This document shows, in pieces, positions 8,354 to 16,549 of a DNA stretch of 35,637 bases. The DNA is from Actinomycetota bacterium (GTDB lineage: Bacteria; Actinomycetota; CADDZG01; JAHWKV01; JAOPZY01): the NCBI GenBank assembly GCA_025963875.1, contig JAOPZY010000188.1, positions 1-35,637 on the forward strand, read 5' to 3'. The number at the start of each line of letters is the position of its first letter. The first letter of the stretch is position 1. The translations under genes were made by a program, and so were the position numbers. Under the pieces are notes generated by a model. That model was given only the letters and a program-made list of their open reading frames with translations, had not been told where the DNA came from and made no database searches.

Positions 8354-9262
8354 GTGGCGGGTGGCGATGTCGTGGTCGGTGGTGCGAGCGGGCTGATCGG
8401 CTCCGCGCTCGTCGCCACCCTGCAGCAGCGAGGGAGGCAGGTTCGCCGCTTGGTCCGGCCCGGTGCCCAGGGGGGCTCGGACACCATCCCCTGGGACCCG
8501 GCGGCGGGCACGATCGATGCCGAGGCCCTCGAGGGCGTCGGGGCCGTGGTCAACCTGGCAGGCAAGGCCGTCGGCCCCCATCGGTGGACCGAGGCCCACC
8601 GCACCGAGGTGCTCGAGAGCCGGACCCGCTCCACGTCGTTGCTGGCGAAGACCATCGCCGCCCTCGACAACCCGCCGTCGGTCCTCGTCAACGCCTCCGC
8701 CTCGGGCTACTACGGCGACCGTGGCGACGAGATCCTGACCGAGGACGCGCCTCCCGGGAGCGGGTTCCTTGCCGGCGTCTGCCAGGCCTGGGAGGCGGCG
8801 ACCGCACCCGCGTCCGAAGCGGGGATCCGGGTTGCCATGCTCCGCACCGGCCTCGTGCTCGCCTCCAGCGGCGGCGCCCTGGGGGCGATGCTGCCCATCT
8901 TCAAGCTGGGGCTCGGCGGCAAGATCGGATCCGGCACCCAGTGGTGGAGCTGGATCGACCTCGAGGATGAGGTCGGCGCCATCCTGCACCTGATCGATCA
9001 CGACCGGGCATCCGGGCCGTTCAACCTCGCCGCACCGGACCCGGTGACCAATGCCGGCTTCACGGCACTCCTCGCCAAGGCGCTGAGCCGCCCGGCCGCC
9101 CTCACCGTCCCCAAGTTCGTCCTGCGAACCGCCCTGGGCGGCTTCGCCGACGAGGCCTTGCTTGCCTCCCAGCGCCTGTCACCGGTCAAGCTGCTCGACA
9201 GCGGCTACCGGTTCCTCTCGACCGATCTCCTGGGAGCTCTGCAGGTCATGCTCGCCGCCTGA
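8354..9262 (+). CDS. TIGR01777 family NAD-dependent epimerase/oxidoreductase
   Basis: GASGLIG Rossmann motif, VVNLAG, SASGYYG, GFLA.VC.AWE, GSGTQWWSWI; RBS GGAGG. Confidence 0.93.
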   Translation: MAGGDVVVGGASGLIGSALVATLQQRGRQVRRLVRPGAQGGSDTIPWDPAAGTIDAEALEGVGAVVNLAGKAVGPHRWTEAHRTEVLESRTRSTSLLAKTIAALDNPPSVLVNASASGYYGDRGDEILTEDAPPGSGFLAGVCQAWEAATAPASEAGIRVAMLRTGLVLASSGGALGAMLPIFKLGLGGKIGSGTQWWSWIDLEDEVGAILHLIDHDRASGPFNLAAPDPVTNAGFTALLAKALSRPAALTVPKFVLRTALGGFADEALLASQRLSPVKLLDSGYRFLSTDLLGALQVMLAA

Positions 9263-9363
9263 CGGAGCCGGTCTGCCGTGGGGGTGCCGCCTTCTTTGCG
9301 AACTACGTTGCGCAATTCACAACATCAGGCACAAAGAACGACGCTCTGTCCTAGCATGGGCCC

Positions 9364-9828
9364 ATGCCCGACCCATACCGGGTGCTGACCCAGGCGAGCG
9401 TGGTTGCCCTCGTTGACTGGCCCAGCCCCGACGTCCCGCGCACCCTCGTGCGGGCCGGCTTCGACGTCTACTCCCTCAACCGCTTGCGCGAGACGGCCGC
9501 CTCCTATGCCTGGTATCCGTCGCGCGAGCAGGTGCCCGAGGGGGATGACACCACGGTCTTCGAGCCGGCGGAGGAGGGAGATGGCTACCTCGTCTGCCAC
9601 CCGGCGGTCACGCCTGCGACGGTGGACATCCTGAACGTGTACCGGCCCGCGGACGAGCTTGCGGGTCTTGCTCGCCTCGCCCTGCAGCTGGGAGCCAGGG
9701 CGCTGTGGCTGCAGCCCGGCTCGACGTCTCGGGAGGCCAGAGACATCGCAGAGGCTGGAGGCGCTGCGTTCATGGAGGACATCGATATCGCAGATGCGGT
9801 CCGCTCGGCCCGGATGCCACTCCGGTGA
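9364..9828 (+). CDS. CoA-binding domain protein (YccU-like)
   Basis: VDILNVYRP...LGARALWLQPG...EAR..AEAGG motif; TAGCAT-N6-ATG leaderless start. Confidence 0.75.
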   Translation: MPDPYRVLTQASVVALVDWPSPDVPRTLVRAGFDVYSLNRLRETAASYAWYPSREQVPEGDDTTVFEPAEEGDGYLVCHPAVTPATVDILNVYRPADELAGLARLALQLGARALWLQPGSTSREARDIAEAGGAAFMEDIDIADAVRSARMPLR

Positions 9829-9841
9829 CCGACGGGGACCC

Positions 9842-10396
9842 CTAGCGGCGTGCCCCGACGAGCCCGGCGAAGGCCGCGGCACCGGTCTCCCAGGTCTGGT
9901 CGAGTTCCGAATTCTCTGGGTACCGGCCGTCGATCTCCAGGATGACCATGCCGTGGGCGAACGACCAGAGGGCCTGGGCCAGGTGGGGCTCGCCGGTGAC
10001 GAGGTGGAACGGCTCTCCCACCCACTCCTCCAGCCCGGGGGTCAGGTCCCCCCGGGGAAGGCGCCCGGCAGTCGCCAAGCGGTAGAGGTTGGGCCGGGCG
10101 AGGCTGAACCGCCGGTAGGTCGCCAGCAGGGTGCGGGTGGCGTCGACCGGGTTGTCCCGTCCCTGCAGGGCGGCATGCAACGCGGCGCCGATTTCGCGGA
10201 AGGCCTCCTCGATCAGGGCAACCTCGACGGCCTTCTTGCTTGCAAGATGCTTGTAGAGGGAGGGGGCCCGGATGCCGAGCTCCTCTCCCAGCCTTCGCAT
10301 CGTGAGGGCCTCGGGGCCTTCCCGTTCGAGGAGGAGGCGGGCGGCGGCAACGATCTCGCCGGCCCGCGCCGAACGACCGACCGGATCCGCGATCAC
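9842..10396 (-). CDS. TetR family regulator (WHG-like C-terminal domain)
   Basis: HTH ALTMRRLGEELGIRAPSLYKHL; WSFAHGMVILE; GTGA overlap with the upstream gene. Confidence 0.92.
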   Translation of the reverse strand: MIADPVGRSARAGEIVAAARLLLEREGPEALTMRRLGEELGIRAPSLYKHLASKKAVEVALIEEAFREIGAALHAALQGRDNPVDATRTLLATYRRFSLARPNLYRLATAGRLPRGDLTPGLEEWVGEPFHLVTGEPHLAQALWSFAHGMVILEIDGRYPENSELDQTWETGAAAFAGLVGARR

Positions 10397-10860
10397 GCGG
10401 TCGCAGGGGGGTCGAGCTCGAACACCGGGTGGCGGGGTGCGATAGCCGCGATCTCCTCGGGGCTCGAGTCGGGGCCGACCCCCTCGAAGAACACCCCGAC
10501 CTCGGCCTTCCAGCGTCGCAGGTAGGCCCGGAGGATCTCCGGCTTGTCGCCGTCGCCCACCTCATGGGCGGTCCGGTGCTCACGCCGCCGCCCCAGGAGA
10601 AGGTCGAGGCGCCCACCCGATGCCCGCACGTTGCGCACCCACTCGCCCTCGCCCCGTGGCGAAACGAGGTACTGACGGCCGTCGACGGTCAGCAGGTTGA
10701 CGGGTGTCCGCCGGGGGAGGCCGCTCTTGCGGCCCGTGACCTCGAGGACCCGGCTTCCCCAGACGCTGACCCCCAGCCGGGTGAGCCGGGCCACCAGGCG
10801 GTTGAAGACGTGCTTCGTGAACCATCCGGGTTTCCGGTAATGCCGGGGTGCGTTCTCCAT
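10393..10860 (-). CDS. Nitroreductase family deazaflavin (F420)-dependent oxidoreductase (Ddn-like)
   Basis: L.VTGRKSG.PRRTPV, WVRNVRA and HPVF motifs; RBS AGGAG before the ATG at 10860. Confidence 0.88.
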   Translation of the reverse strand: MENAPRHYRKPGWFTKHVFNRLVARLTRLGVSVWGSRVLEVTGRKSGLPRRTPVNLLTVDGRQYLVSPRGEGEWVRNVRASGGRLDLLLGRRREHRTAHEVGDGDKPEILRAYLRRWKAEVGVFFEGVGPDSSPEEIAAIAPRHPVFELDPPATA

Positions 10861-10882
10861 GACGGCTCCTCGCTCTGCAGGG

Positions 10883-10933
10883 TGGCTAACAGCGTTAGCC
10901 ATAAGTCTGGGCTCCTGGCCTTTCGCCTGTCAA
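10883..10933 (-). promoter_or_regulatory. Promoter and palindromic TetR operator for the nitroreductase-tetR operon
   Basis: TGGCTAAC-AGC-GTTAGCCA (10883-10901); minus strand TTGACA (10933-10928), N18, CAGACT. Confidence 0.7.
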
Positions 10934-10964
10934 GGCTCGAGACTTCAAGGAAACCCCCGCCGCC

Positions 10965-10991
10965 TGTCGATTCCAACGGCCCCCGTTCGTA
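10965..10991 (+). promoter_or_regulatory. Putative ECF42-type promoter of the yciI-sigma operon
   Basis: TGTCGA (10965-10970), N17, CGTA; resembles the TGTCGA / CG(A/T)C consensus I recall for ECF42. Confidence 0.6.
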
Positions 10992-11042
10992 GTTATGGTG
11001 AAGGCGCCGCAGGGGCGCCGGCGAGATGAAGGGAGCATTGCA

Positions 11043-11396
11043 ATGCCCAAGTACGCTGCGCTGATCTACGGCGACATGACGCAGTACGCCAACGTCAGCC
11101 CGGAGGACGGCGCAAAGATGATGAAGGCCTACGAGGACTACACCCAGGCCATCCAGAGCGCCGGCGTCATGGAGGGGGGCGAGGGCCTGCAGCCCACGAA
11201 CACCGCCACGACCGTCCGGGTCCACAACGGGGAGATCTCGACCACCGACGGGCCGTTCGCAGAGACCAAGGAGCAGCTCGGCGGCTTCTACATTCTCAAC
11301 TGCAAGGACCTCGACGAGGCCATCGAGTGGGCCGCCAAGATCCCCGGGGCGAACGGCGGATCCATCGAGGTCCGTCCCGTCATGGAGTACGAGTAA
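11043..11396 (+). CDS. YciI/DGPF family protein
   Basis: ATTVRV...TDGPFAETKEQLGGFY...A.EWA.KIP...IEVRP; RBS GGGAG. Confidence 0.93.
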   Translation: MPKYAALIYGDMTQYANVSPEDGAKMMKAYEDYTQAIQSAGVMEGGEGLQPTNTATTVRVHNGEISTTDGPFAETKEQLGGFYILNCKDLDEAIEWAAKIPGANGGSIEVRPVMEYE

Positions 11397-12649
11397 GCAT
11401 CGATCCGGCGCAGGGTGTCGTCGACCGCCTGTTCCGCGAAGAACGCGGACGGGCGGTCGCGACGCTCATCCGGCTCACCGGCGACTTCGACCTCGCCGAG
11501 GAGGCCGTCCAGGAGGCGTTCGTCGTCGCGCTGGAGCGCTGGCCCCGCGACGGGCTGCCTCCCAATCCCGGCGCCTGGCTCACGATGACCGCCCGCAACC
11601 GGGCCATCGACCGGCTCCGCCGGGACCGCCGGCTGGCCGAGAAGCGGGAGGCCATCGCCCAGCTCGCCGCCTTGGAGGCCGAGGGCGACGACCAGAAAGA
11701 ACACCCCTTCCCGGATGACCGGCTCCGGCTCATCTTCACCTGCTGCCACCCGGCCCTCGCTCCCGAGGCGCGGGTCGCCCTGACGCTGTGGACGCTCGGC
11801 GGCCTCACCACCGAGGAGATCGCCCGGGCGTTCCTCGTCGGCGAGACGACCATGGCGCAGCGCCTTGTCCGTGCCAAGCGCAAGATCAAGATCGCCGCCA
11901 TTCCGTACCGGGTCCCGCCCGATCACCTCCTCCCCGAGCGGCTCCGTTCCGTCCTCTCGGTCCTCTACCTCGTGTTCAACGAGGGCTATGCGGCCACCAG
12001 CGGCGACGCCCTCGTCCGCCGGGATCTCTGCGCCGAGGCCATCCGCCTCACCCGGGTCCTGGCCGGGCTGATGCCGGCGGAGCCCGAGGTGATGAGCCTG
12101 CTCGCCCTCATGCTGCTGCACGACGCACGCCGTGCCGCCCGTCTTTCGGAGGCGGGGGACCTCGTGCTGCTCGAGGACCAGGACCGGGGCCGGTGGGACC
12201 ACGCCGAGATCGAGGAGGGGGTGGCCCTGATCGGGCAGTCGGCCCGGACCGGCCACCGGGGCATCTACCACCTCCAGGCGGCGATCGCCGCCGAACACGG
12301 CCGGGCACCGAGGGCCGAGGACACCGACTGGCGCCGCATCGCCGCCCTCTACCAGGAGCTCGCCCGCGCCATCCCCTCCCTCGTGGTCGAGCTGAACCGA
12401 GCCGTGGCGGTCGCCATGGCCGAGGGGCCGGCTGCCGGGCTGGCGCTCATCACCCCCCTGGAGGCCGACCTTGCGCGGTACCACCACTTCCACGCCGCCC
12501 GGGCCGACCTGTTGCGGCGCCTCGGCCGCCTGGACGAGGCGGCGGCAGCCTACGAGCGGGCCCTCGGCCTCACCGCCAACGCCGTCGAGCGCCGTTTCCT
12601 GCGCCGCCGCCTTGCCGAGGTCCGTGCCCACTGTACCGAGGCACCGTGA
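11393..12649 (+). CDS. ECF RNA polymerase sigma factor with C-terminal TPR/DUF6596 extension (ECF42-like); start codon uncertain
   Basis: DFDLAEEAVQEAF, WL.MTARNRAIDRLRR, DDRLRLIFTCCHPAL, YLVFNEGY, LEDQDRGRWD, YHLQAAIAAEH; adjacent to the DGPF gene. Confidence 0.9.
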   Translation, partial: VSIDPAQGVVDRLFREERGRAVATLIRLTGDFDLAEEAVQEAFVVALERWPRDGLPPNPGAWLTMTARNRAIDRLRRDRRLAEKREAIAQLAALEAEGDDQKEHPFPDDRLRLIFTCCHPALAPEARVALTLWTLGGLTTEEIARAFLVGETTMAQRLVRAKRKIKIAAIPYRVPPDHLLPERLRSVLSVLYLVFNEGYAATSGDALVRRDLCAEAIRLTRVLAGLMPAEPEVMSLLALMLLHDARRAARLSEAGDLVLLEDQDRGRWDHAEIEEGVALIGQSARTGHRGIYHLQAAIAAEHGRAPRAEDTDWRRIAALYQELARAIPSLVVELNRAVAVAMAEGPAAGLALITPLEADLARYHHFHAARADLLRRLGRLDEAAAAYERALGLTANAVERRFLRRRLAEVRAHCTEAP

Positions 12650-12792
12650 CCATCGCCGCATCGTGGCCGCCGGGGCGGCAGGCTGGCGGGCAGACCCTTC
12701 TGCTGCCATCATTTACCAAGGGCAGCAATCGGGCGGAGCGGAACGCACCGAGGCGCCCCTCAAGGCGCCGGATAAGAACAATGGGAGGTTGT

Positions 12793-13220
12793 ATGGACCT
12801 GAGCAAGCTGAGTCGTGGGATCGCATCGTCGTCATCACCGGCGCTTTGCTGGTGATCGACTTGTTGTTCCTGCCGTGGATCTCTGTCAGCCTGCCGTTTA
12901 TCGGCACGGTGAGCAACACGGGAATCTCCGCGCCAAATGGCTTCCTGGGCTTCCTGGCGGCGTTGGTGACGGCGGCCATGGTTGCCCAGATCCTCGTGTC
13001 GAAGTTCACGTCCGCGAGGTTGCCGGACCTGCCGGTCCCGTGGCCACGCGCCCACATGCTCGGCGGCGTCGTCGTGCTGGCGCTGCTCGTCCTGAAGCTG
13101 GTCCTCCACACTAGCCTGCTCGGCTTCGGCGCCTACCTCGGCATCCTCTGCGCCGCCGGCCTGGCCTTCGGGGGCTACACGGTGAACCAGGAGTCGACCC
13201 GGGCGGGCACGACGGGATAG
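12793..13220 (+). pseudogene. Four-TM membrane protein with a -1 frameshift after codon 9 (pseudogene or sequencing error)
   Basis: GGAGG-N4-ATG encodes MDLSKLSRG; the hydrophobic body DRIVVITGALLVIDLLFLPW... continues in another frame from 12819; one extra G in GGG (12817-12819) restores the frame. Confidence 0.6.
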
Positions 13221-13223
13221 CGG

Positions 13224-14039
13224 CTACTGGCCGCTGAGAACAACCTCATCGGCCCACACCGTCAGGCCCTTGAACTCCACGGGCCCGTAGGCCGTCACCA
13301 TCGCCACGTCCACGGCGTCGCGGCCGTGGCCGATGACCACCCGCCCGATCCTGGGAACGTTGACCCGGGCGTCGAACGTCCACCAGCGGCCCTCGAGGTA
13401 GGCCTCGAACCAGGCGCAGAAGTCCATGGGCTCGTCCGGCGGGGTGACGGCGATGTCGGGGATATAGCCGCACACGTACCGGGCCGGGATGTTGAGAGCC
13501 CGGCAGAAGGTGATGGCGAGGTGGGCGAAGTCCCGGCAGACGCCGGTGCCGCGCTCGTAGGCGTCGAGGGCCGTCGTCGTGGCGGTGCTGGCCCCGTAGC
13601 CGAAGGTGAGGTGGTTGTTCACCCAGTCGCAGATCGCCTGGACCTGCTGCCACCCGGGCTCGACGTTGCCGAACAGCTTCCAGGCCCGGTCGCTCAGCAG
13701 CTCCGACAGGCAGAACCGGCTCGGCAGCAGGTAGAGAAGCGCGTCGGAGGGAAGGTCCTCAACCGGAATCCGCTCGGCCCCCTTGTCGGCCTCGTCATAC
13801 GTCGGAGGGACCTCGACGGTGGCGTCGTAGCGGACGCGGGACGGGCCCTTCGGCAGCGTCATGCGGTCGCAGAGGTTGCCGAAGGAGTCGCGGTAGGCGG
13901 AGATCTCGACGTTCGGCGTGGTCTCCCAGGACTGGGTCAGCACTCGGTGGGGGCCATCGGGACGGGGTCGCACCTGCCAGACCGTGGGCGTCGGGAAAGC
14001 CGACTCGTACCGGAACTCACACCCCACGTGCACCTGCAT
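13224..14039 (-). CDS. Transglutaminase-like family protein
   Basis: YLLPSRFC, GVCRDFAHL..TFCRALNIPARYV.GY, AWFE.YL.GRWWTFD, GRDA.DV. Confidence 0.92.
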   Translation of the reverse strand: MQVHVGCEFRYESAFPTPTVWQVRPRPDGPHRVLTQSWETTPNVEISAYRDSFGNLCDRMTLPKGPSRVRYDATVEVPPTYDEADKGAERIPVEDLPSDALLYLLPSRFCLSELLSDRAWKLFGNVEPGWQQVQAICDWVNNHLTFGYGASTATTTALDAYERGTGVCRDFAHLAITFCRALNIPARYVCGYIPDIAVTPPDEPMDFCAWFEAYLEGRWWTFDARVNVPRIGRVVIGHGRDAVDVAMVTAYGPVEFKGLTVWADEVVLSGQ

Positions 14040-14132
14040 GCTGGTAGCTTCCCTCCCCAACGTTAAGACAGGGTTACGATCCTGTTAATCCACGCCTATC
14101 GCATGCTCCTTACGGCCTGGTAGCTTCACCCC

Positions 14133-14720
14133 GTGGACGACCCGCCGCAGCGCCCTCCCAGACCCCGCCCCCGCCTGGGCCTCGCCATCGGGCTCATCGT
14201 CCTGGGCATCGCCCTCGGCATCCTGTCGTTCGTCATGGTGACCCTGCCCCTCCTCAGGCTGGTGAAGGAGGCCCCGACGCTGGCGACGCCCGGCTCCGTC
14301 ACCCTGCATCTGAACAAGGGCCTGTACAAGGTGTTCGAACCGACCGGCACCGTCACCAATGCCGTGACGCCGATCCACGCCGCCGACGTGAACGTCACAG
14401 CCCCGGGCGGAGGTGGCATACCGGTCGGCGATACCGACCCGAACGAGAACATCACCCGTGGCAACCGCCGCTACGCGTCGGCCGCCGCCTTCCGGGTCTC
14501 GACGCCCGGGGACTACACGGTGAGGATCGGGGGCGCCCATGGCCAGGCGCTGATCGTCCGGTCGCTGGCCGATGCGGTCCGCTCCCGGGTGGGCTGGGTC
14601 GCCGCCATCCCCATCGGGGGCCTGTGCTTCCTTATCGGCCTCGTCCTGCTCATCGTCGGGATCGTTCGCCGGAGCAGGGCGAAGAAGGCAACGTTCTCGG
14701 GGGAGCCGCCGCCCGCCTAG
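14133..14720 (+). CDS. Hypothetical membrane protein (two TM helices flanking an extracytoplasmic beta domain)
   Basis: Hydrophobic N- and C-terminal helices, GC3-rich codons, TAGCTT-N6-GTG leaderless start. Confidence 0.75.
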   Translation: MDDPPQRPPRPRPRLGLAIGLIVLGIALGILSFVMVTLPLLRLVKEAPTLATPGSVTLHLNKGLYKVFEPTGTVTNAVTPIHAADVNVTAPGGGGIPVGDTDPNENITRGNRRYASAAAFRVSTPGDYTVRIGGAHGQALIVRSLADAVRSRVGWVAAIPIGGLCFLIGLVLLIVGIVRRSRAKKATFSGEPPPA

Positions 14721-14770
14721 CCGATCCTTGCTTCTCAGGCCTTCTCTGCGAAACTGTCACGGTGGCTCAG

Positions 14771-15352
14771 ATGGCGACGGCGCGACGCTTCGCGGCGAAT
14801 GGCGGGAGGGTGGCGGTCCTTGCCCTCCTTGCGGTCCTCGTGGCCTGCTCCAAGTCCAACCCCGGGCCGGTGATCATCCCCGCCCCCACGACGGCTGTGC
14901 CAACCGGGACGTCGACGCCGGCCACGGCCACGGTCACGCCGACCTCCACGCCCACCCCCACACCGACGAAAACCACCACGCCCAAGCCCACACCGACCGC
15001 CACGGCCACACCGGCCGTCATGCCAACGGTCCAGGTTTCCGAGGCCAGCGGCGCCACCAAGGGCCTGAAGGTGGGCCAGATCATGACCCTGCGCCTGGCG
15101 CAGGCCACCGATGGGGGCTTCAACTGGACCTTCCAGACCAAGCCCGACCCCGCCATCCTCACCGTGGTGAGCGACCAAACGCTGGCGGCCTCGCCGGCGC
15201 CGGTCAGTGGGACGGTGGGGGCCAACGGCTCCCACCGCTGGGTGTTCAAGGCCGCCGGGCCGGGCACCACGTCGTTCACCGTGATCGAGCAGGGCCCTGG
15301 TGCGGGGGCGCCGGTGCTGACCTACTCGCTGACCGTCGCCGTCTCGCCCTGA
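14771..15352 (+). CDS. Lipoprotein with a Thr/Pro linker and a chagasin-like (protease inhibitor I42) domain
   Basis: Lipobox LVAC; TPTPTP linker; LKVGQ..TLRL...GGFNW...VGANG..RWVFKA.GPG.T pattern; alternative in-frame GTG start at 14762. Confidence 0.72.
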   Translation: MATARRFAANGGRVAVLALLAVLVACSKSNPGPVIIPAPTTAVPTGTSTPATATVTPTSTPTPTPTKTTTPKPTPTATATPAVMPTVQVSEASGATKGLKVGQIMTLRLAQATDGGFNWTFQTKPDPAILTVVSDQTLAASPAPVSGTVGANGSHRWVFKAAGPGTTSFTVIEQGPGAGAPVLTYSLTVAVSP

Positions 15353-15353
15353 G

Positions 15354-15371
15354 CCGTCCCCTCGGGGACGG
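15354..15371 (+). terminator. Short GC hairpin after the lipoprotein gene
   Basis: CCGTCCC-CTCG-GGGACGG immediately after the stop codon. Confidence 0.4.
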
Positions 15372-15388
15372 GCTACACTCGAAACAAG

Positions 15389-15631
15389 ATGCCACTCCAC
15401 GAGTACCTCTGCCATGCCTGCGACGGTCGCTTCGAGGCCATCACCTCCTCGGCCAAGGCCGACAGCGTGGCGTGCCCGATGTGCCAGAGCGAACAGACCC
15501 GCCGGCTGATCTCGGTCATTGCCGGCATCGGCCGCGGCTCCTCGTCCGGCCCGGCACCCATGAGCCCCATGGGTATGGGCATGGGCGGCGGCGGTTGCTG
15601 CGGTGGGAGTTGCGGCTGCGGCAGCCGTTGA
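15389..15631 (+). CDS. FmdB family zinc-ribbon protein
   Basis: MPLHEYLCHAC..RFE...CPMC.S....RLIS; Gly/Cys-rich tail. Confidence 0.9.
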   Translation: MPLHEYLCHACDGRFEAITSSAKADSVACPMCQSEQTRRLISVIAGIGRGSSSGPAPMSPMGMGMGGGGCCGGSCGCGSR

Positions 15632-15694
15632 TGTGCGAAGTGAGGTAAAAAGAGCGCGCATACGCGGCAAAATTACCCCAGTTAACGCCCTGCC

Positions 15695-16498
15695 CTAGAT
15701 CGAAGGGTTTTCGAAGGGTGACAGTCCCGGGGCCGACCACCGCCCCGCCTCGGCCTCCCGTGATCGGCGCTGGACCGTGATCAGCACCGCCTCCAGCAGC
15801 ACCTCCGGCCCCCAGACGTAGGCCGCGGCGCCCGGCACCTTCGCCCACGCCAGGTTGCCCAGCTGGTTGCCCAGCGCCATGCGGGCGCCGGGATCGAGCT
15901 GCCAGCGGCGCTCGAGGAAGGAGCGGATGAGCCCGTACTCCTCCTCGGTCAGCAGGGTCGTGTCGAGTGGCGGCAGGTTGGCATCGGGCCGGATCCCGAG
16001 CGCCACGGGGGAGGGTTGCGCCATCTTGGGTTGCCGCACCACGATCGTGCCGGCCACCAGGTCTCCCAGCCGCTGCCGGCGGCGCGTGAAGAGGATCAGG
16101 AACAGCCCGATGGCCACGACCGCGACGTCGATCGGCCGGAAGAAGTTGCGCAACAGCACCGGCCCGAGGCCCACCGGCTGGCCGTCGGTCTGGATGACCC
16201 GCAGCCCGAATGCCCGCTTGCCGGGGGTGAGGCCGTTCCAGATCTCTTCGAAGAACGGGTGGTACCCGAAGACCAGCAGCAGGAGGAAGCCGACGTAGAA
16301 GGCTGCGCCCAGGCCCCCGGCCAGGCCCAGGAGGCCGAGGATCCCCGCGACACCGACGAGGATCTGGATGGCAAGCAGCACGGCTCCGAGGATCAGCGCG
16401 TCGATGACGGCGGCCCCCACCCGGGAGCCGAGCTCGGCGATGTCCACCCGGACCGCCACCGCCTCGGGGGTGACGATAGAGTGCGCTTCGATGCTCAT
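15695..16498 (-). CDS. RDD family protein
   Basis: VTPEAV, GSR..A..ID, G.TPGKR..GLRV...DG, R..QRLGDLVAGTIVV; true start MSIEAH at 16498. Confidence 0.9.
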   Translation of the reverse strand: MSIEAHSIVTPEAVAVRVDIAELGSRVGAAVIDALILGAVLLAIQILVGVAGILGLLGLAGGLGAAFYVGFLLLLVFGYHPFFEEIWNGLTPGKRAFGLRVIQTDGQPVGLGPVLLRNFFRPIDVAVVAIGLFLILFTRRRQRLGDLVAGTIVVRQPKMAQPSPVALGIRPDANLPPLDTTLLTEEEYGLIRSFLERRWQLDPGARMALGNQLGNLAWAKVPGAAAYVWGPEVLLEAVLITVQRRSREAEAGRWSAPGLSPFENPSI

Positions 16499-16549
16499 GG
16501 TCGCCTCACGGGTCGGCTCGTCGCGGTAGCAGGCGGGTTCTGAGCCACG

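Noticed and set aside
6584..9001. 805-aa and 660-aa minus-strand ORFs
   Set aside because: Antisense shadows of the propeller and TIGR01777 genes, typical of high-GC DNA; no recognisable motifs
14881..15020. ACGCC/ACC-rich low-complexity repeat
   Set aside because: It encodes an ordinary Thr/Pro linker in the lipoprotein
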